Shown here: one piece after another, positions 46,901 to 57,947 of the stretch | How the letters are laid out: every line of letters starts with the position of its first letter | How positions within the stretch are numbered: the first letter of the stretch is position 1 | Assembly (NCBI GenBank): GCA_000708835.1 | Contig: DF237039.1 | Coordinates: forward strand, 124,001-188,000 | DNA length: 64,000 nucleotides | Reading direction: 5' to 3' | Source: Klebsormidium nitens | Lineage: Eukaryota > Plantae > Klebsormidiophyceae | The notes under the pieces: model-generated | Databases searched by the model: none | Told to the model about the DNA's origin: nothing | The model's input: only the letters and a program-made list of their open reading frames with translations | Program-made: the position numbers and the translations under genes

Positions 46901-48924
46901 CCCGTCAACTTTTGCGCTGCCCACACTTTCTACAACTTTGATTCTCGCCGCCGTGCAGTGCCCTCTTGTCAAGCGGCCTCGCCACGTCGACTCCGTTCCC
47001 AGCAGCCCCCGCGCTGCGCACAGACCCGAAACCTCCCAACCCCTAAAGAACCCCGAAACCTTCCCAAGCTCGCCGATCGATGAAGTGCCCGTCGGCTCGG
47101 GGGCGCGGCGCGGCCTTTCCTATAATGGCGTCGCTTCCAGACATGTAAGGGGACGGAGGACTCCGGAGAGGGCCCTGGGCGACACGAGAGCGCCGGAGAG
47201 CGCTCCTGTGTCGCCCAGAATGCGAGTGTCGGAAAACGCAATCATGGGGTTCGAGGGCTCCGGCGGACGGAGCCCCACGGAAAAAAAGCCTACCAGCCCG
47301 CGGTCGCCTTTCAACCGGGCGCCGAACCGTAAGGCCAGGGCGACCAAGAGCAGGCCCCAAGAGACCGGGGCCAATCACCGGGAGGGGACGAGTAGAGTCA
47401 GAGCTGATGTTGGTGAAACCAAGACCCCGGAGAATCATTTCTCCTTGACTCGAGAAGCCGAGACTACAGCCCGAGCGGAGAGTGTTAATACTCCCAGGAG
47501 TCCCCAGAAAGCACTAGCGAAGAGGTCCTTCAAAGATATGGATCCGTCTCGAAAAGCTCTCGAAGCGATTGGGGAGTCACCTGAGCGGCCAGTGGATGAC
47601 GGACACGTGGCACTCCCGCAGAGCCCCGACGCAGAGGTAGAAACGGAGATGGTCAAGCGGCTGGTCACGGCGGAGTTGGTCGCGAGCCCTTCGCATTCGC
47701 AGCTCGAGACCCTGGCCGGCGATGTGAAGGGGCAGAGCCGCGACCTTTCGGACGTCCGCCGGGAGCTGTCCGGCGTCAGGAAGGAGCTCCGGCACTCGCG
47801 CACGCAGGGCAACCAAGAGCTGGCGGACGTTTGGGCGGAACTGACGGAAGTCCGGACGGACCTTCGGAATTCCGGCGCGGAACTGGGCCTGGCTCGTGCG
47901 GACGTCAACAGGGCTCGGACGGAGCTCGCGGACGTCCGGGCCGAGCTGGGCACGTGCCGCAAGGAGTCTCGGACGGCGTGCGCGGAGCTGGGGGCTTCGA
48001 GGGCGGAACTGGGCACCGTTCGGAGGGAATTGGACGCTGTTCGGACGGAGCTTTCCGGCGCTAGGGCGGAACTGCAGGGGCTCCACTCGCGGGTTCGGGC
48101 GGAATCGGACGCGCGCGCGCTCCTCGAGGAGGCGCTGAGGCGCATGTGGGCGGAGTGCGTTCAGCTGCGCGCGTGGCAGGAGGCGCAGATGGCGCAAGAG
48201 CGGGCTCGGGCGGCCGCTAAGGTGCAGAGGGTTTGGAGAGTTTGGCGAGCGCGACGGGAGCGGGAGGCGAGAGTAAAAGAGCGGCAGTGGCTAGAAGAGG
48301 TCTGTACTCTGCCTATCCTGGTTGAATTTCTTTTTAAGATTTGGAAGGGTACCCTGAAGGTAATACCAGGGTCTGCTGACGTGCTCGATTGGGCCTTATC
48401 TGCCTTGAGTGGCCTTATTCTGAGAAGGGGACCAAGGGGCAGCGTCTGCCCTTCTGGTCGAGTGTGAAATCTGTCGGGTCATGGCGCGCGAGGTCTGTTG
48501 CGCCCTCTTAGGACCACTTGTCGAATTTGAAGTTCAGTTTCAATCTCCGAAGTGCGCAAATTTCAACCTAAGTTCCTAGGAAATCGCTTCTTATCTGCAG
48601 GCCCTACGGCCGCACGTCGTCAAAGTACAAGCCCTGATCCGAGGGTTTCTTCAAAGGCGTCGGACGTATGAGCTGAGAGTGAGAACGGCAGCGGCCGTCC
48701 GCATTCAAGCGATGGTCCGGGGATACATTCAACGGAAGAGGATCAAAGGAGCAATGTGTCAGCTGCAGAAAGACCAGTGGGCCAGGCACGAAGTCGAGGC
48801 TCTGCGAGGGCAGTTGTACCATATGCAGCTTTGGATGCATCAAATGGCAACGTCTATAGCCAGTGCACCGGGTACACGCATACCCTGTCTAGGTCAGTCA
48901 GGTCCCGACAAGCGAGGAACTTGA
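43996..48924 (+). CDS. CEP97: CEP97-like leucine-rich-repeat / IQ-motif / coiled-coil centriolar protein
   Basis: Exons ~43996-44331 (LRR: LTAVDLSNNSIAGLE), 44955-45127 (LSLAGNKLSDL, LIDLDISGNPV), 46144-46291, 46959-48299, 48601-48924. The junction GRQVELTHYLSQQ|CPL and EEALRRMWAECVQLRAWQ match my recollection of CEP97 (GQHIQLVQYLATVCPL; EEAFRFLWNQVRSLQVWQ). Three IQ motifs are present. A possible upstream exon lies at ~43477-43613, and middle LRR exons may be missed. Confidence 0.75.
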
Positions 48925-50586
48925 ATCTGATTCATTACAGAGTGAAAGTGACGCTTTGCCTGCCTGTGCTTGAAAGTTTTGAGAACTGCGCGCTAATCAA
49001 AGTTGGTAAGTGAACCTTGATCGACGTCTCTGCGTAACACTCACTTGCACATGCTGCCTGTCAAGATAATTATGCCTGCAGTTTTGAACTTGATGCGGCA
49101 TCTTTGCGATGTCACCCCGAAACCCACCTCGCTTTGGGTGTGTCGTTGTTTGTCGGATGGCTCTCCGCGATTTGTTGAGGCGATGTTCGGAGCAAAGATG
49201 GTTAATACAACGTACCTTTTTGCTGAGCTGTCACATTTTGGTGTAGGCGCTAACTAGTAGACCATGCAGGCACAAAGCTAGCCGAACTAGATCCGTTGGA
49301 GAGGCGCGCAATGCATGGATACATGTGCAAGGACACTTTTATATGCGGGATGATCTGTTCTTACACGATAAAAGCACGTACCGGACAAGTAGATGATCGC
49401 GCTATCTCATCGGATGATCATATACCAGCATCATGAGCTGCCTCGATCACGGCTAGGCTGAGGACAGGCATATCTTGCAGGCGCCGGGCGGCCCGGTTAC
49501 CTACATCATACATATCCAGAGCACCTTCATTGATTTAAGTTCGCGGATCTAGAAGTGGTGGTCGACTTGCCAACTCCACCCTTTCCATACACTGCAATCT
49601 TCATGCGCCTCTTTCCTTTCATTAGTGGGGCCTATACCCCACAGTTTCGCCAAGTACACAAACGACTGGTTGTGTGCCATGCAGCTGCTCAATTGAACGA
49701 TGCAATTGTACTTTAGCTTCACGCTTTCTCTTTGCACTATAGCTTGCAAGCACGACGTAGCTCTTGAGATTTCCGCACTGCCGCATGCTAGTAAATGTGT
49801 AAGACAGTGGCATCGCACTGAGATTATAGCATGCTACGATGTACACTGAATGCTTGACACCAAGTCATCATGCGCTTCTTTTTTTGCTGGTGCTCATGGC
49901 CACGGGACCAAATCCGACTCGGACACATGATTTGTACATGGTCACCCTGCATATGTGGAGAGTTCGCTTGAATGTGAGCCACCATATCACGCTCTAGCTT
50001 TGTGCACCTGTATGCTCACAGACATATGCGATCGCACGCCACTATCATTAGGGCCCATAATGGCAGGATCCTGGCAACTATATGTCAAGTCAGTGTTGTC
50101 TTCATAGGATTAGCCTAGCCTGCATATTCATTTGAAACCTTGCGGGGAGTGCTTCAATCTGATCCAAGTGAACAGCAATTGAAGATATTACAAACTCGAG
50201 TCTCGAGGAGCAGGTAAGGACGAGCAGTTGCATGGTCAGCTTCATTTCAGCAGACGGCAACGGGTAGAACTTTATGTGTGCATCTGCTTCCAAAGTTTGA
50301 GCGTATTTGCCAAAGAGTTTAGCCAAACCGGTCAAAAGACAATCACTGCAGTTGCAAGAGAGCCTAAGAGGTTCAGAGCGTACGACCTTATCATGAAAGT
50401 GCATGTGCAGACTGTGAGTGCTACGGTACCGTTGTTGCTTTCCAGTTCTGTTGGACAGAAGGCAGCCAAGCAATGTACCTAGCGCCCTCTTCAATAGATT
50501 ACATACAAGCTCCAATAAACATTCACCCCTAGAATAAACATTTCTAATGAGGAAAACGCCGTCTGCATACGGAAAGTCCTCGAAGA

Positions 50587-52591
50587 CTAGTTCGTGAGGT
50601 ACAGAAAGATATTCCCTGTGGTGTCAAGAAGCGCGGATGCGCTTGTTTCCGTGAGAGAACCATCATCCCCACTCACTGAATACATTTTCTTGAACTTTCG
50701 TTGGAGATCTTCGTAGAACTTCTTGGAGTCAACTCCATTGCCTTTGTCCCGTCGGCTGTTAATCTGTGCAGGATTGTAAGGCAGAGTCAGCAACGCGCTC
50801 AAAGGCAACACTTGGGTGGATACTGCAGGCATGGTGAAATCTGCTCTGTTGAATTGATTCAAGGCAGTATGCAGCAACGACCTTCGCTTCCATTGAAGCA
50901 AGACGAGTTTCAAGAATAAAATGTTTTTTTTGGTCATTTAAAGAATGCTGTTTGACTTACACACACGTGTCAATGACTGGTCTAAGAACTGGTCCCTTCA
51001 AGAATTTCATCTGAAAGCATTTGCTTTCTTGGAATTGCGGCACTAGCAGATTTGCCGCACCTAGACGCTCCTACATAGTGCGGACGTCATGCAAGTGAAC
51101 CGTGCTGCAACCTGCTCGAAGGATGTGACGAGCTCAGGTGGCGAAAAGGCCCACTGGTCACATCATCCACCTTCTGTAGAGCGGCAACCAGACAACCTTG
51201 TATTCTCCCACGCATCTCAAAGCTTTCTGGACGAGAAGTGGCAAGTTTACAAGCGCCGCACCTCGATGAAAAGCTCCAAGCCGGGGTTGTCCGCCACGGT
51301 CATCTGCATTCCCTGCCACACCTGCCACTCGTGCCCCTCTACGTCCACTTTCACGACATCCACCTTGTGCCACGCCTCATCATGAAGCAATGTATCCAAC
51401 TTCATATAATCCACCGGCACCCTGCCCTCTGCCGCCTCTTTCTCGACCTTGTTCCCGGGGCTCCAGGACATGTCATTCCCGATAAACACCTGCTTGTCGT
51501 CCGCATTCCCCAGTGCTTTATTCACCACTTCCACCTGTTGATACTCCACGAGCGTGCGGGTCAGCAACTCTCCCAGCCGAGGGTTTGCCTCCACCGCCAA
51601 AACCCGCCCCGTGTGCCCTACGGCGCGTGCAAAAACGTTGGTGTACCAGCCGACAGAGGCGCCGACATCCACCACATTCCGCCCGGGTTTGACCAGCTTT
51701 GCCACCGCTTCCGTCAGCTTTGTTTCCCACACGGTGCCCTGGCAGAGATGCGGCGTGACGCCGCGGTCGCGGGAGTCGAGGAAGAAGTACTTGTGGAAGT
51801 ACTCGATCCAGCACATTACGATGCTGCCCCCCATGTACAGGTTGACAGGCCGCTCGGACTTGAGCGCCTTGATCTCCTTGGCCACTCCATCGATGACTTG
51901 CTCGAGGTTGCTGTGCTGGCCCAGCTGCGCAGTCACAACCTGCACCGTCATAGAGGGTCAAAGGCTTGACAGATACTCGACAGCAGATCTAAACAACGAC
52001 TGATGACCTTCTGCTCGCCAACGTCCACTAAAAGCCGCAAAACTCAGAAGGACCAGGACTGCAAGATAGAGATTGACAAATTTAATGGTACTCCGGAAAT
52101 AGACGACCCTCAGCATCTAAGACAAACTATGCATTCAAGGAACTTCAGTGCAATTAGCGCCAGATCATGCCTCTAATGCACAGAAAACCACTCCTCTAGC
52201 ACTTCAGATGTTGTCTGTGAAACTAGTTTGCAAGATCTGCATTGTAGTAGTGCCCGCAACTCACCTTTGTTTCGCTCTGCAACGTTAACAGCATACCCTT
52301 TAGCTTCTCGACCTGCTCCGTCACTTTAAGCAGAGCAGTCGACAGCTCCTCCAAGCGGACCTTTGCACCAGTCTCCTCGCGGCCGCCCATAAGTAGCCGG
52401 CCATCATCATGTCTAGCAAAGACAGTTTGATGCGAGGAGATTACAAATATCTGGAGCGTGAGGAAGATGAAAAGAGCGGTTACGATAGAGCCAGCAAGGA
52501 CCACAAAAACTAGCCTCGGGCAGTCTGGCCCTCTCCCAGAGCGTTTCATGGCTGGCTTCCTCAGTAGGGGAACTCTTTGACGAGATGGCAT
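50587..52591 (-). CDS. FkbM-family SAM-dependent methyltransferase with N-terminal type II membrane anchor and coiled-coil stem, 3 exons
   Basis: Exons 52591-52265, 51939-51262, 50763-50587. Motifs VVDVGASVGWY, VLAVEANP, KLD, VDVVKVDVEGHE. Hydrophobic segment LVFVVLAGSIVTALFIFLTLQIFVI. Confidence 0.88.
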
Positions 52592-53149
52592 ACACACATT
52601 GTCATGGCGCTATCGTATCTCAAGTACCATGACCTTACTCTCCCAACAATTATAACTGAGCCTGTACTTTGACATCCGGCGCTCCTTCACATTCTACAGG
52701 CCACAAGGACAACCCTCCCAAAGCGTAAGTTACCGAGCGTCTCTTGCTTCTTGTGAGCACTTCTTTGATGAAAAGGGCCAACTCTAGACGCTAATATGCT
52801 GGCACTGCCTTGTAAGATTGAGGGATCCTCGCTTTACGCTTTCACCGCTTCTCAACAGCGCTACAATGTGGAAAGACAAAAGGCTTCCAGGAAGCAGATT
52901 GCCTGTACAATAATGCAGCGACTGGCGTCTCGGTGCTCTGACAACTCCTAAGATGGACCGCCTTTTCTGGAATTCAAGTACTTGCCTCACAAGGCTCAAT
53001 ATTATGCTTGAATGCCATGTCTGGGACGAACAAGGTCGCAGTTGAGTGGCCAGGTAATACCGCACTTCGTTGCAATTACGTAGGGAAAGTTGGAACAACC
53101 CTCGTGGCCCCTCGGGGCTGCGGGCAGGTTTCCTCCAAACCCAGGTGGC

Positions 53150-53232
53150 AGGTACCTACCGGTATACCGTGAACGCCGCTGTACGGGGTACCGTATACGG
53201 TATACCTACCGTATACCACGGGCTACCGTAGC
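53150..53232. repeat. TACCGTAT/ATACGGTA inverted micro-repeat cluster
   Basis: Several TACCG(T/G)ATAC-like units in both orientations, including the perfect palindrome TACCGTATACGGTA at 53189-53202. Confidence 0.75.
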
Positions 53233-53728
53233 AATTGCCAAGCCTAACTTTCTTGAGTTTCATATTCCGTGCTAGCCGTCCCGTCAAGAACCTACGTTTA
53301 TCGGACGGCGCACAGCGTCTCTGAAGCGTCCGCAAGCAGGCTGCCAAGCAGGGGGCTACCGTAAATGTAGTCTGCCCAGTGGCGCAGTTCATGAATGAAC
53401 CCAGTGCATGAATTATGACATTGAAAGCTTTTCTTCCTTCGTCCACCCACGTCCACCACCCTGGTTCCTGTCCTAGCAATTGCACAGCACGAGCAGGTGT
53501 TGCAGGTTAGCGCGATCAGTATGCAAATAGTGCTCGGTATATGATCTACAAGTGGCTAGTGGCACATCTTCATCTGAGGAGTTAGGCAGATTCATCTGTG
53601 AAGAGCTGTCACGTGTGTGTTTCGATTGTGGTCTTCTTGGGGTGTTGGTCTTGTTGACAAGATTTCGCCTCTCCCGAAGTTGGTGGTAGATCGTTCTCAA
53701 GTTTACAAATCACAACGTGCCTGGACAA

Positions 53729-56700
53729 ATGGGCATCCCTGAGACGGTGGTTGTGCACCCATTGGTCCTGCTCAGCATCGTGGACAATTACAACAGGGTA
53801 GCAAAGGATACCAGGAAACGGGTTCTTGGAGTGCTACTAGGGGAAACCTTCAAGGGACGTGTAGACATCACAAATAGCTATGCAGGTGAACTGCTTCAAC
53901 CACTTACCTGGTGGCAATAAGCTTGGCTTTCTGTGAATCTATCAGCTCATCTTGCAGTTTCGACCGTCCAGGGGATTTTTCTTGTGATTGTTATAAATCC
54001 GCAGAGAAGGCTCTTGTAGTTGCTGACACCAGCTGCCCTCAGTCAAATTGCAGTCCGGTTGAGGAGACTGATAACCTGTAAAACCTCTAAGAAAGCTGTT
54101 GTAGTTGCTGACACCAGCTGCCTCGGTCATTTTTGCAGTCCCCTTTGAGGAGGATGACAAGGATACAGCGATCTGGTTTTTAGACCACAACTATCATGAG
54201 CAGATGTTCTCCATGTTTAAGAAGATCAACGGTAAGGTTTCTCAATTTTCAAGTATTTTCTGCTTGCATGACGAGCTTCTGGTACTTGGAATTCATGCTT
54301 GATTGTGCAATGGAATCAACTGCAAGGGTTTGTCGATTGAGCTACTCCTGGTTGCCAATTAGCTGCTAGAAACCCTAATAAGCAGACACTGGCAAGCAGC
54401 AAGTTGGACTGGCTTGCATAGACCACAAATCAAGGTTTCTTTGTTGAAGCCAGTCTAGAAGCTGTTCACAGTCAGTCTGTTCAGGAGGCACCAGTGGTCA
54501 GCATCTTCAATTGTGCAGCAAGCGCCCTTCAAAAGAAGTGATGTTGGTGGACATCAAGCCCATGGTGCCTCGCGGTTCTGAGTTAAACAGCTTCAGTATC
54601 TTGCAAAGGTGGCATCTTGCTGAATTCCAGCTGACGAGCACGTGGTGGGGCTATGTGTCTGGTGGTTGTGAGTATCATATGCCTCGTCATCCGATGAGGT
54701 GGCCTCTTGTCTTGTTTTCAGCTAAGGAACATGTGGTGGGGTGGTATAGCACTGGGCCAAAGATCAAGGAGAACGACCTTGAGATCAACGAGCTGTTCCG
54801 GAAGTATGCCGCAAACCCGCTGCTGGTGATCATCGACGTGCAACCAAAAGAACTGGGGATTCCAACGCAAGCTTACTGCGCAATTGAGGATGTCAAGGAG
54901 GTGCGGTTTTGACCTTTCGAAGCTATAAGGATGTTGTTGTGCTTTGCCTTCAACATTCGTGGAACATGTGGCTGAAAGCCAATGCCCTTTCCGAAAACAA
55001 GCTTCCTTTTGCTGCAAGCAACTATTTTTTGGAGCCGTAGTTTGTTGATGAAGCAGGTGGTTGCTTTTGTGTACCGGGTCTAGTTTCTCCGTGCTATGCA
55101 GGGTATGCCTGATAAGAAGGTGGTAGATGTGGAGTTGGGTCTGGAAAAAGGTCGACCTGATGTGGTGACCATCTTGTCCTCGACAAAGGGCTTGTGCGGA
55201 ACGTGTCCAACAGCAGTGCACATCAGGCTCAAAGCAGCTCAGCCAACAAGTTAATGATCTGTTTGGTCTTACAGGGGGATGCAAGAGCTGACTACCCCTC
55301 TGCTTCAGCAATAACCTCACCGTCACGAAATTCGTTCACTGCTTGACGATTCTGAGGCCCACGGTTGTTGAGCAGTATCTAGGCCTGTGTTCACTAATGG
55401 TGACTGAGTCTCAACGTTTGGACCTTTGCTCTCAGGATGGGACGCAGAAGAATCAGAAGACGTTTGTCCACGTACAATCGGAAATTGGGGCATACGAAGC
55501 GGAGGAGATTGGTGTTGAGCACCTTCTGCGGGATGTCAAAGATTCAACAGTCAGCACTCTCGCCACCGAGGTAGGTGCTTTGGTTTTTTGCCTATTTTAA
55601 GGTTAGCGCCTCTTGGAAAGTCAGAAAGCCATATCTGCTGCTCTTGGACAACAATAACTTGCTCAGATAGCTTGCACAAGAATTTAAACGTTTCTTGGGT
55701 AGTATGACAGTGTGGATGTCAGTAGATTAGCTTTCTGGTACGAATGACAGTCTGGACACGTCAGGACCAACGTCCTTTCTGAATTCTTCAACCCTTTTCG
55801 AAGTTTGTCAAGGGCTTGGTCTCCTCGAGGTGACCACCTTACATCGGGTGAGTCCTGTCTTCGAAAAGAATTATTTTTCATTATGCAAAATCGTTGTATT
55901 CCTCTACCCTTGTTATTTTGCCACATGATAGATCTATGACTGAGCTTCCTCACTTCTGTCCTGCTGTGCTCCTTCTCTTGGCTGGCTGGCCCTATACATT
56001 ACTCATTGAAGGCGAGGTCAAAAATTTCCATGTGCTACCCTCGTTGTGGCTTTGATAGATACAAACATGATCTTTCTGGTGCGTGTGGTATCATCAAACA
56101 CCTTACCTTTGTCTGGTCGAAGTACGCCATCTCAAAAGAGGCAGAAGCTGTTGAGCTTCAGCCGGACTTCCTTACTGTCCGCATCAGTGGATAATATGTT
56201 GCTTGCAGAATCTGTTCCAGAAGACATATAACAACAAAGTCTCAAGTCAACAGAGCCGCTCAGCCGAACTCGAGAACTGCATCGCAAATCGATGTTCGAT
56301 GCTGCTTGCTTCTTTGCTTCTTCCCGAGCAACAGGAAAGCGTTGCCCGACAGGTTCTAGGTTCGAAGCTCAGTAGGCAGGATTTACTCTCGTCAGTAGTT
56401 GCTTTTCGGAGTCCCTCAGAAGTTCCAATGTGGAATGGAGGAAAGTGCTCACATCTGGAAGCGCGAAGTGATTTTCCTCTCCTTAGCTCAGGTAACTCGG
56501 CACGTTGTCACCCGTCGTCCTCCCCTTCCTGCGCAGGTGGGCAGCAAGCTGAGCGCGCTGCGGAGCCTCGAGTCGCGGCTGAAGGAGATCCAGGCGTACA
56601 TGACGCTCGTGTCGGAGGGGAAGCTGCCCATCAACCACGAGATTATGTACCAACTGCAAGACGTGTTCAACCTCCTCCCCAACCTCAACATCCACGAGCT

Positions 56701-57947
56701 AGTCAAGGCGTTCTCTGGTGAGCGCATCCTCGCACATTTTACCGCAGGAGCTTTGTCTACACTGGATGCTGAAGCACGAGCAGCGCTGGTTGTGGCTTAC
56801 TGACTGAGGAACACGGCAAGGGAATGAGGAACACAGCAAGGGAAAGTCGCGTTGGTCAGCGGTTTTCAGATGCTCTGCAAACGGGCCTCAGGATCCTTTA
56901 ATCATTGACAGATCTGCTCGGGTGTGTAGAGCCGTAGACAAGGCACCATAGAGGCACCTTGCCTACGGCTACTGCATTCAGTGTCTCTCTCTTCTTCTTT
57001 GAACTACGTTATGTCTCGTCTATCGCGCGCCTGATGCTTTGTTCTATTCCGTCTCGTTGATCCCGGTTTGTCGGCCACTGCCCTTTCCCCTAAGATGGGT
57101 CGCTTTCATGGCCATGCTGGCAGCTCGTTAGCATGAGGCGCCATCGAATCTTCGCCAGCCGTCGTTTTGAAGTGTTAAATGATCTTTTTGGCAGCGTTTG
57201 TACGAGTGTGTGTTAGCTCGTAGGAGGCCACTCTTCCATACTGTCAAGCACCAATGCAATACCTTGGCAGACAGGTCGCACTTACTCGGCGGGTTTGATC
57301 ATGCCACCGTCTGGTCAAAACTTGCTCGAGATGTTTTTGGGAACGTACGGCTATGGTTTTGAATGATTTCCGCTTGCTTCACCCAGTAGCTCTGCCCGGA
57401 AGGGACTCCTTGTTCATCGCGCTTGAGGTCTGCCGATAGCAGGTGCCATTTCTTCTCACTAGTTATTCGTTTGCGTTCTGGAAAACTGCTTTGAGTCTTT
57501 ACTTCCGCTCAGCAACACCGCCCTTGATAATTGCAACTGAACGGTTGGCTCTTCGGATACAGTCAAAACGAACGACATGATGCTCGTTATCTACCTGTCA
57601 TCCCTCATCCGGAGTATACTGGCTTTGCACAACCTGATCAACAACAAGGTAGGCGTTCGCAAAAGTCTGCTGTAGCTAAGAAGTCAGTACTTCTGTACTT
57701 CAAAGTACTTCTGTACGGCGCCTGTCTCTGCTTATTGGAAGGATTGTGTTTCTTGGATTGCAACCTGATCCTTATACCCGTCCTGCATATGGTTTGGGTA
57801 CAAATGTCCTCCTGAGCCAGTGTACTTCGGGTCACTGATTCATATCATATATGGTATCTACAGGTTTTGAATAAAGAAAGAGAACGGATGGCAGACTCCC
57901 ACAGTAAGGGCGACAAGCTAAAACGGGAGGCAACAGTAGCAAGCTAG
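53729..57947 (+). CDS. RPN8: 26S proteasome regulatory subunit RPN8 (PSMD7), 7 exons
   Basis: Exons 53729-53885, 54139-54231, 54722-54900, 55436-55570, 56537-56717, 57563-57648, 57864-57947. Motifs [81 protein letters not shown]. Confidence 0.98.
54014..54160 (+). repeat. Tandem duplication of RPN8 intron-1 acceptor plus start of exon 2
   Basis: TTGTAGTTGCTGACACCAGCTGCC...TTGCAG|TCC...TTGAGGAG occurs at ~54014-54067 and again at ~54099-54153. Confidence 0.85.
56805..56844. repeat. 20-bp tandem duplication in RPN8 intron
   Basis: TGAGGAACAC(G/A)GCAAGGGAA occurs twice in tandem. Confidence 0.8.

Noticed and set aside
51238-52003. 243-aa and 149-aa plus-strand ORFs
   Set aside because: Antisense to the clearly coding FkbM exon.
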